Source: Pseudomonadota bacterium
GTDB taxonomy: Bacteria > Pseudomonadota > Gammaproteobacteria > UBA9214
Direction of reading: 5' to 3'
Assembly: GCA_039714155.1 (NCBI GenBank)
Contig: JBDLJX010000003.1
Span: 1 to 63,328, forward strand
Length of the DNA stretch: 63,328 nucleotides
In this document: positions 56,641 to 63,328 of the stretch, piece after piece
Layout: every line of letters starts with the position of its first letter
Position numbering within the stretch: the stretch's first letter is position 1
Notes under the pieces: model-generated
What the model saw: only the letters and a program-made list of their open reading frames with translations
What the model was told of the DNA's origin: nothing
Databases searched by the model: none
Translations under genes and position numbers: made by a program

Positions 56641-56880
56641 GGTTGTTATCTCCTGTGGCCTTCACTGCATAGAGGATACAGGCAGGTTCCCTGTTCGGGA
56701 AACCAGGAGCCTGGCTATGTATGACCTGGATCAAATAAGGCGGTGAAAAGCATATGCATGGTTGGTTTATTATGCCTGTCCGATGTACCCCCTGAACAGC
56801 CCGGTTTCCTGTCCTGGCGGGCGGCGGCAGATAACGACGGGCATCCTGACACTGCAACACCACGACACTGGGGCAAACGA

Positions 56881-58452
56881 CTATTTTTTACCATCAAGTA
56901 TCGCTTCCAGCCGGTCACAGAACGTACTGATCACCTTGATGCGCGCGAAACGCTTGTCGTTGCCCTCAACCAGCACCCAGGGAGCAGAATAGGTACTGGT
57001 GTGCTCGACGATATCGTTGACCGCCCATTCGTAATCATCCCATTTCTCGCGGTTGCGCCAGTCTTCCTCGGTCAGTTTCCAGCGTTTGTGGGGCGTCTGC
57101 TCACGGGCCTTGAAGCGTTCCAGTTGTTCATCCTTGGTTATGTGGACCCAGTATTTCAGCAGCAGGATCCCGTGGTCCGTCAGCTGTTCCTCGAATTCAT
57201 TGATCTCGGCAAAAGCCCGCTTCCATTCATCCTCGGAGGCAAACCCCTCAACCCGCTCCACCAGGACGCGTCCGTACCAGCTGCGGTCAAAAATGTTAAC
57301 ACGGCCGGCGCGGGACAGGTGTCGCCAGAAACGCCACAGGTAGTGGTGGGCCCGTTCTTCATCCGTTGGCGCGGCAATCGGCAGGACCTGGTAGTGGCGG
57401 GCATCCAGTGCTGCGGTTACCCGGCGGATTGCACCGCCCTTACCGGCGGCATCGGCCCCCTCGAACATCAGGATGGTCGATATCTTCTTCTTCAGTGCAT
57501 TGCGATGCAGCTTGTTCAGCCGCGCCTGGCATTTCTTCAGCTGCTTCTTGTAGTCGGATTTCTTCAGCTGCAGCGACATGTCCAGGCTGGACAGTACCGT
57601 GACCCTCTGCAGCGGGCGGATTACAGTAGCCGGTTCATCCGCCTCCCCTTTCGGGGCCTCCACAACTGATTGCCGATCCTCCGCCAGGTGCGACTCACGC
57701 TCAGCTGCCAGCTGCTCCAGCAATAATGCCTTGTTGCGGGCTTCGTCAAGATGTGTGGCGATCTCGTTGCGTACAATTTCCCCGATAGTCAGGCTGCGGA
57801 AACACGGGTCCACGCCCTCGACGATCGTCCAGGGTGCCGTACCGGTACTGGTGCGCATGATGGTACGCTCCGCCGCTGCCTCGAAGCGGTCATAAATGTG
57901 CCAGTGATCCCAGTCCTGCTGGGTGACCCGCCAGCTCGTCAGGGGATCCTTCTCCAGCTTCTTCAGGCGTCGATTCTGGGCATCATGACTCAGGTGCATC
58001 CAGAACTTGAGGATCAGCGCACCGTCATCGGCAAGGGCCTTCTCGAATGCCAGGATCCGGTCCAGACGGTCATCAAAGGTTGCCTCGTCATCCTTCTCAT
58101 ATACCCGGCGCAGTATCGGCTGCGAATACCAGGAACTCAGGAACAGGCCGATGTGACCATTTGGCGGTAAATCGCGCCAGAAGCGCCAGTATTCCGGCCG
58201 GTCACGTTCTTCATCGGACGGCTCGTCATAGGCCCTGGTGATCAGCCAGCGCGGATCCATCCACTCATTGAGAAGGTTAACGGTATCCCCCTTGCCGCCA
58301 CCATCCACGCCGGCAAACAGGATGATTACCGGAAATTCGCTGCTTACTCTGAGATTTGCCTGCACCTCGAGCAATGCCTGCCGCAGTACCGGTTCCCGCT
58401 GATTAAATTCACTTTTCGGAACTTTCTGCCCAAGCTCGGCTGTTCTGAACAT
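56881..58452 (-). CDS. pap: Polyphosphate:AMP phosphotransferase (two-domain class II PPK2)
   Basis: GVDGGGKG and EGADAAGKGG P-loops, FDRSWYGRVLVERVEG, WKLT.EDW. Confidence 0.93.
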   Translation of the reverse strand: MFRTAELGQKVPKSEFNQREPVLRQALLEVQANLRVSSEFPVIILFAGVDGGGKGDTVNLLNEWMDPRWLITRAYDEPSDEERDRPEYWRFWRDLPPNGHIGLFLSSWYSQPILRRVYEKDDEATFDDRLDRILAFEKALADDGALILKFWMHLSHDAQNRRLKKLEKDPLTSWRVTQQDWDHWHIYDRFEAAAERTIMRTSTGTAPWTIVEGVDPCFRSLTIGEIVRNEIATHLDEARNKALLLEQLAAERESHLAEDRQSVVEAPKGEADEPATVIRPLQRVTVLSSLDMSLQLKKSDYKKQLKKCQARLNKLHRNALKKKISTILMFEGADAAGKGGAIRRVTAALDARHYQVLPIAAPTDEERAHHYLWRFWRHLSRAGRVNIFDRSWYGRVLVERVEGFASEDEWKRAFAEINEFEEQLTDHGILLLKYWVHITKDEQLERFKAREQTPHKRWKLTEEDWRNREKWDDYEWAVNDIVEHTSTYSAPWVLVEGNDKRFARIKVISTFCDRLEAILDGKK

Positions 58453-58526
58453 GACTATCCTCCTGGTCTTCGACCCGTAGCCGTATCTACACCTTAACCG
58501 GAATCCTTAAAACCGTTATCATCTAT

Positions 58527-58569
58527 TATAATACCAGTCTTATAATACCAGTCTTAATTAATACCAGTC
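58527..58569 (+). repeat. 14 bp tandem repeat TATAATACCAGTCT x2 plus a degenerate third copy
   Basis: Read directly from the sequence. Confidence 0.85.
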
Positions 58570-58610
58570 CGAACGTTCCAGTCTGAATACGCTGGCAGGC
58601 AGGATGATAT

Positions 58611-59801
58611 ATGTCAAAGATTTTCGTTGAAGACCGGGAAGAAGATACGCGCGTTCCGTTCCTGCGCGGGATACTGACTCGCTCCCTGCAGGATTCAGGA
58701 CTGTCATTCGATACAGCCTATGAGCTGGCCACCGAAATTCGCAATGATCTCGACGATACACCACTGACAACCACTCATGAACTGCGCCAAAGGGTCCTTG
58801 AGCTGCTCAAGGCCCGTTCGGGTCAGGATGTCATTACCCGCTATGAGAAGCAGAAAAGACCCTTTGCCATCCAGGTGGAACAGCGGGACGGGCAGCTAAC
58901 ACCCTTTTCCAGGCTCGAATACCAGCACTGCCTTGAAAACATTGGCCTCACCAGCGAAGAGGCCATGGATGTTGTGACCACCGTCCACAAGCATCTGGTT
59001 GACCGGCGCACGGAGATGATCACCTCAAAGCGCCTGGGTGCACTGACCTACCGATACCTTCGGCAGTCAAGTGAACTGGGACCGGCGGTTGCCTTCCGCT
59101 GGCTGGTATGGCGTGATTTTATAAAGAGTGGCAGGCCGTTGATTTTCCTTATCGGTGGAACGGCAGGCTGCGGGAAAAGCACCACGGCCACCATGCTGGC
59201 AAGCCGCCTGGATATTGTCCGTACCCAGTCAACGGACATGCTGCGCGAGGTCATGCGCATCATGATGCCCGAACAACTTATTCCGGTACTGCATACTTCA
59301 TCATTTACCGCCTGGACGGCACTGCCCGGCCAACCGGAGGACATTCAGGAAGCATCGGACACACTGCTGATAAATGGCTACCAAAGCCAGGCAGATTTGC
59401 TCGCCGTCGCGATTGAAGCCGTTATCCAGCGCGCCCTGCGTGAGCAGGTGTCACTGATCCTGGAGGGTGTCCACATCCATCCGGCATTCATGGAACAACT
59501 GGCAAGAAACGATGATGCAACCGTTATACCCGTCATGCTGGGTATGCTGAAGCGCAAACAGCTGCAGCAGAGAATACACGGCCGGGGCACCGATGTACCA
59601 CAGCGTCGCGCCGATCGCTACCTGAAGCACTTTGACGAAATCTGGCGATTACAGTCCTATCTTCTGTCCGAGGCCGACCATGCAAATATACCTATCGTCG
59701 TCAATCGCGACAGGGACAAGGTGTTTCGTGAAATCATGCGCATCACCATCGAGACCCTTGCAACGGATTTCAACAATACGCCGCAAGCCGTCTTTGCATG
59801 A
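58611..59801 (+). CDS. Tandem ATP-cone + 2-phosphoglycerate-kinase-like P-loop protein
   Basis: Two V..RD/E...PF cone-like units; GGTAGCGKST..LA.RL......TD.LREVMR, ILEGVH. Confidence 0.8.
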   Translation: MSKIFVEDREEDTRVPFLRGILTRSLQDSGLSFDTAYELATEIRNDLDDTPLTTTHELRQRVLELLKARSGQDVITRYEKQKRPFAIQVEQRDGQLTPFSRLEYQHCLENIGLTSEEAMDVVTTVHKHLVDRRTEMITSKRLGALTYRYLRQSSELGPAVAFRWLVWRDFIKSGRPLIFLIGGTAGCGKSTTATMLASRLDIVRTQSTDMLREVMRIMMPEQLIPVLHTSSFTAWTALPGQPEDIQEASDTLLINGYQSQADLLAVAIEAVIQRALREQVSLILEGVHIHPAFMEQLARNDDATVIPVMLGMLKRKQLQQRIHGRGTDVPQRRADRYLKHFDEIWRLQSYLLSEADHANIPIVVNRDRDKVFREIMRITIETLATDFNNTPQAVFA

Positions 59802-59848
59802 CTCCTGGCGCAGGTACTGAACCGGGCAAACAAAAACCCGAAACCGGT

Positions 59849-60298
59849 TCAGGCTGCATGCTCTTCGTTACCACTAAGCTCCCGGATCAGGGGATAAAGC
59901 TTTTCCGTCTCATGCTGGATTCTTTCCAGGACCAGCTCGAACATTTCCTCTGAATCTTTCAGAAAGCGTTCATGGTCAGATATGGCCAGGGACACGGTCT
60001 GTTTCCTCGGGCACCATTTCTTCGTGTATTCCATCATGATTTTCCTGATTTCCTGCGAGCCTGACATAAAATTCCTGGCCAGTTCCTGTATCTCGCGGTC
60101 ATCATGCGTCAGCAGTCTGCTGTAAAGGTTCTTGTCGACAAGATCAATATGGTCCTTGACCTTGTTCGTGTAGCGGTTAAAGAGTTCACAACAGGTCCCG
60201 GAATCGCACATGGAGCGTTCCTTGAACAGGTAGAGCAACACGTTGGAGAGTTCCGTAATGCTGTGATTCTGGGTATTCAGATCTTCGTAGGTGATCAT
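59849..60298 (-). CDS. Hemerythrin-like (HHE) domain protein
   Basis: QNH..., HI..VD..LY..L, RI..E...LYP four-helix pattern. Confidence 0.75.
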   Translation of the reverse strand: MITYEDLNTQNHSITELSNVLLYLFKERSMCDSGTCCELFNRYTNKVKDHIDLVDKNLYSRLLTHDDREIQELARNFMSGSQEIRKIMMEYTKKWCPRKQTVSLAISDHERFLKDSEEMFELVLERIQHETEKLYPLIRELSGNEEHAA

Positions 60299-60328
60299 CG
60301 ATAATTCCTTCTTTCACCGGTCACTGTC

Positions 60329-60344
60329 AGCAACCATTAATCCA
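60329..60344 (-). promoter_or_regulatory. sigma54 -24/-12 promoter candidate for the hemerythrin gene
   Basis: Minus strand TGGATTAATGGTTGCT: GG-N10-GC with TTGCT; CACG positions mismatch. Confidence 0.4.
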
Positions 60345-60412
60345 ATACAAATGTTGAGGCTAGGATGTTGATCAGTACATGTCAACGAGTTGCAGCCCTG
60401 GAAATACATTTA

Positions 60413-60560
60413 ACCCGGGAATTTCATAAATCTGCACAAAGATCGCGCAGGATATTGGTTTCACAAGGAAATTTCCGAAGGAGTGACGGTTCAGTGATTA
60501 CGGCCCACCGGGGAAATATTCCTTGTGGAGTCAAGAGACAAGCGGGATTGTGCATGATTT
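60413..60560 (+). mobile_element. ERIC-like element, subfamily C (right end decayed)
   Basis: Matches the reverse complement of 38042-38204. Confidence 0.8.
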
Positions 60561-60577
60561 GTGTTTTAGTCGTGCAA

Positions 60578-61984
60578 TCAGTTCAGATCATAGCGCTTGA
60601 GCTTTCGATACAGGGTACGCTCACTGATGCCCAGTGCCGCCGCGACCTGTCTGCGGTTGTCATGGTACTTTAGTAACAGCTCCGATATGTGCCGCGCCTC
60701 CACTTCCTGTAACGTGTTACTTGCCTTGCCGTGTGATGTTACTGTCGCAGCCTGCGAGGCCGCCGCGGGCGCATGCTGCCCCGGGTGTTTCCTGCCGTGC
60801 GCAAGTTGTAGCAGCACGGTTTCGATCACGGCGTCATCAATCTCGCCAGCATTGGCGTGCGTGGCGGCAATAAACAGGATATTGCGCAGTTCGCGCACAT
60901 TGCCGGGGTATTCATATAACTTGAGCCGTTCGATCGCCGCCGGGGTCAGTTTGAATCTTTGATTCATGGTGTGGCTGAAAGGGCCCAGCAGATCAGGCAC
61001 CAGCACCTCGATATCATCCAGCCGTTCCCGCAGTGCAGGCAGGCGTACAAACAGGCAGGCGATCCGGTAGTACAGATCCTCGCGGAAATGACCGGCACTC
61101 ACCGACTCCCACAAGTGCCGGTTGGTGGCACAGACAATACGCACGTCAGCCTTGCGCGGCCTGCGACCACCGACGCGGCGGTACTGCCCCGATTCCAGTA
61201 CCCGTAACAGCTTGGCCTGCTGGGACAGCGGCAACTCGCCCACTTCGTCCAGGAACAGGGTGCCGCCATCGGCCTGCTCGAACAGGCCGGTCCGCTCACC
61301 GACACTGCCGGTAAACGCACCGCGCGCATGCCCGAAGACCTCGGCCTCGAACAGGGATTCGGTCAGCACCGTGCAGTCCACGGTAAGAAACGGCTGGTCA
61401 TGACGCGTGGAATGGTTGTGAATGAAATGTGCCGCCAGCTCCTTGCCGGTGCCGGTTTCTCCCTGCAGCAGCACCGGCGCCTGCGCCGCAGCTACCATCA
61501 TCATCTGCTCCATGCAGGCAAGAAATGGCGGCGTCTGGCCAACCATGCGCTTGCCATTGACGCGGCGCTCCTCGGGCCCCGAGAGTCGCTCAATCAACTC
61601 GCCCATGTAGAGTTCGCCATTACTGCCATGCAGCGGATAGGCGGTTACCCGCACCTGGGACATGCGGTGGTCCCCGTCAAAGTGGACATGCAGACAGGAA
61701 TCCGTCTTGCCTATTTCGAACAAATTGGCATGCGGGCAGTCTTCACCGCATTCATGACAAGGCGCATCATTATCGTGACTGACCTTGTGACACGTCATTC
61801 CCACAGCCTTGTCACGGGGTATGCCGAAGGTCTTTTCATAGGCACGGTTGATCGCCAGAATCCGGTAGTCCCGGTCGATCACGACAAACGGCTGTTCATG
61901 ACTGTCTACCAGTGCTTGCATCTCAACCGACACCGGTGTTACCGGATCAACCAAATTAACGATATTGGCTATTGATTTTTTCAT
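60578..61984 (-). CDS. PAS-domain sigma54-dependent activator with Fis-type HTH
   Basis: GETGTGKE, FGHARGAFTGS, GTLFLDEVGEL, FREDLYYR, PGNVREL, ALGISERTLYRKL. Confidence 0.93.
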   Translation of the reverse strand: MKKSIANIVNLVDPVTPVSVEMQALVDSHEQPFVVIDRDYRILAINRAYEKTFGIPRDKAVGMTCHKVSHDNDAPCHECGEDCPHANLFEIGKTDSCLHVHFDGDHRMSQVRVTAYPLHGSNGELYMGELIERLSGPEERRVNGKRMVGQTPPFLACMEQMMMVAAAQAPVLLQGETGTGKELAAHFIHNHSTRHDQPFLTVDCTVLTESLFEAEVFGHARGAFTGSVGERTGLFEQADGGTLFLDEVGELPLSQQAKLLRVLESGQYRRVGGRRPRKADVRIVCATNRHLWESVSAGHFREDLYYRIACLFVRLPALRERLDDIEVLVPDLLGPFSHTMNQRFKLTPAAIERLKLYEYPGNVRELRNILFIAATHANAGEIDDAVIETVLLQLAHGRKHPGQHAPAAASQAATVTSHGKASNTLQEVEARHISELLLKYHDNRRQVAAALGISERTLYRKLKRYDLN

Positions 61985-62080
61985 GACGCCCCCGACATCA
62001 ATTGTTCTTCCTTTTTACTGTCATTATTGTCACTGTATGACACGTGTATGAAACTCTACTACTGACATAATTGACATGAC

Positions 62081-62094
62081 TTGACATAGATCAA
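62081..62094. promoter_or_regulatory. FNR-like box upstream of the sigma54 activator
   Basis: TTGAC-atag-ATCAA (one mismatch) within a cluster of TGACA/TGTCA repeats. Confidence 0.45.
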
Positions 62095-62117
62095 GCCCCC
62101 GGTATTTACGCAATAAA

Positions 62118-62193
62118 TCGCGCCGGAAACGGCGCTCCCACACAGTGGTGTAATGCTATTGGGGGGTGTTGTGGGAGCGGCGTCCCGCCGCGA
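62118..62193. repeat. Family A REP pair
   Basis: tcgcgccggaaacggcgctcccac ... gtgggagcggcgtcccgccgcga. Confidence 0.8.
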
Positions 62194-62251
62194 AGAACCT
62201 CCCTCAGACTCTGCTTACGAGGCACATTCCCGGACAATCTTCTCATGAGTT

Positions 62252-62785
62252 ATGCTGCAAAGCATGATCAAATGTAATCCGATTATCTTTCTGATAGCAC
62301 TACTGTATCCATGGCTGGCCAACCCGGTAAGCGCCACTGGAACAATCGAGCCCTATGAAGGCTCATTGAAGCAACCCGGGATCACATTACAGGACCTGGA
62401 TCATCGAGCGCACACACTGGCGGATTACCGCGGCAAGGTGGTACTGGTTAACTTCTGGGCCAGCTGGTGTGTTCCCTGCATCACGGAAATGCCGGGAATG
62501 CAGAGACTGGCGGATACATTAACGGATCAACCCTTCGAGATCCTTGCAGTCAATGTTTCGGATACAGAAGACCGGATCCGCGAGTTTCTCCGGCGAATGA
62601 ACCTGCGCCTGACCATTCTGGTGGACCACAACGGGGATACCTTCAAGGCCTGGCAGGGAAAGGTGCTACCTGCCAGCTTTTTACTGGATCGCAGCGGCAG
62701 AATACGTTACCGGGTAATCGGCCCCCTGGAATGGGACAGCGAAGAGGTCGGCAAGATTATCGAAGCATTGCTCCAGCACCCCTGA
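62252..62785 (+). CDS. TlpA/CcmG-like thiol-disulfide oxidoreductase
   Basis: VLVNFWASWCVPC..EMP, LP.S.L.DR.G.I, GP..W. Confidence 0.92.
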   Translation: MLQSMIKCNPIIFLIALLYPWLANPVSATGTIEPYEGSLKQPGITLQDLDHRAHTLADYRGKVVLVNFWASWCVPCITEMPGMQRLADTLTDQPFEILAVNVSDTEDRIREFLRRMNLRLTILVDHNGDTFKAWQGKVLPASFLLDRSGRIRYRVIGPLEWDSEEVGKIIEALLQHP

Positions 62786-62813
62786 AAAAAAGGGGTGGCC
62801 GAAGCCACCCCTT
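62785..62813 (-). terminator. Intrinsic terminator for the cytochrome gene
   Basis: ggggtggc-ttcg-gccacccc hairpin followed by a T7 run on the minus strand. Confidence 0.8.
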
Positions 62814-62841
62814 AACTTGCCAACAAAGCTTCTTGATTTGA

Positions 62842-63327
62842 CTACTTCTGCCGGTGACAGAGACCGCAACCCACTATCGTGCCCTTCGGAATGATCGCGG
62901 TGGCGTTACCTGCTGCACAACCCGGCAGACTGCCCTTGTTGTCCTTGCAGAGGACCGTGCGCTCATCGTTGGTACGCGACAGCACCGTGCCTCTCAGGTC
63001 GTCACCGTGGCAGGAATCGCAGCCCGGACCCTGATTTCGGTAGCTGCGATGCTGCAAGTTCCAGCGGTCGTCTGACAGGAAGTTAGTTCCATTGTCCTCG
63101 CCGTTCACACCGAGATTGGGCTCGAGGTCCGCGATGGGATGCATGCCGTGCGGACCGTTATTGCCCAGCGGCAACGACTCGTCGGTGGGCTCGTGGCAGA
63201 CCTGGCACTCGGCGATGTAGCCCGTGTGGCCCTGGATCTGCTTGGCCGGGACGTTGTCATTGGCGTTCGGATTGGATGCCGGCCACTCCGCGTGGGTACT
63301 GCCGTGGCAGGCCTCGCAGAACAGTCC
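62842..63327 (-). CDS. C-terminal part of a multiheme c-type cytochrome (truncated by window end)
   Basis: Frame is open to the edge; CEACH, CQVCH, CDSCH, CGLCH. Confidence 0.9.
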   Translation of the reverse strand, partial: GLFCEACHGSTHAEWPASNPNANDNVPAKQIQGHTGYIAECQVCHEPTDESLPLGNNGPHGMHPIADLEPNLGVNGEDNGTNFLSDDRWNLQHRSYRNQGPGCDSCHGDDLRGTVLSRTNDERTVLCKDNKGSLPGCAAGNATAIIPKGTIVGCGLCHRQK

Positions 63328-63328
63328 A

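Noticed and set aside
56721-56734. FNR-like ATGAC-N4-ATCAA upstream of DUF47
   Set aside because: Two mismatches in one half-site; not distinguishable from chance
1-63328. tRNA, rRNA, integrase, transposase or prophage genes
   Set aside because: None recognisable by eye in intergenic gaps or ORFs; tRNAscan-SE and ISEScan would confirm

Overview
A GC-rich chromosomal segment of a Gammaproteobacterium (inferred from ppnN, PhoP/PhoQ-like, phoBR, apaH and ygiQ orthologues). No rRNA, tRNA, CRISPR array, prophage or intact transposase is recognisable. (1) 0.5-5.6 kb: hicAB, two Slp lipoproteins, ppnN, a DUF2799 lipoprotein, higA and decayed toxin-antitoxin fragments. (2) 5.8-15.5 kb: a convergent envelope module. 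A glycine-zipper/PepSY/PhoP/PhoQ-like operon faces a tightly coupled 7-8 gene operon (MotA/ExbB-like + MotB/ExbD-like coiled-coil pair, two lipoproteins, a secreted helical protein, a SPOR-like protein, a lytic transglycosylase and a zipper-less YcfJ-like paralog). Both promoters carry the same PhoP-type RTTCAG-N5-RTTCAG box exactly 11 nt before a -10 element. This module is the best candidate for an undescribed system. (3) 15.6-27 kb: TPR protein + purple acid phosphatase with a dockerin-like tail, ygiQ, PilZ, an unannotated csrA pseudogene split by an in-frame palindromic element, a sugar dehydrogenase and phoH. (4) 27-60 kb: a phosphate/polyphosphate supercluster with the GAK system, SixA-NUDIX, ApaH, CNNM, CHAD-ParA-Lys-rich HhH, pstS-phoU-pstCA-pstB-pstB (the two PstBs have complementary degenerate motifs), phoBR, Pit-DUF47, class II PPK2 and a tandem ATP-cone kinase. 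(5) 60-63 kb: hemerythrin-like protein, PAS-sigma54 activator, TlpA and a truncated multiheme cytochrome. At least four families of REP/ERIC/MITE-like palindromes fill the intergenic space. All family assignments are by motif recognition from memory; no database searches were run.
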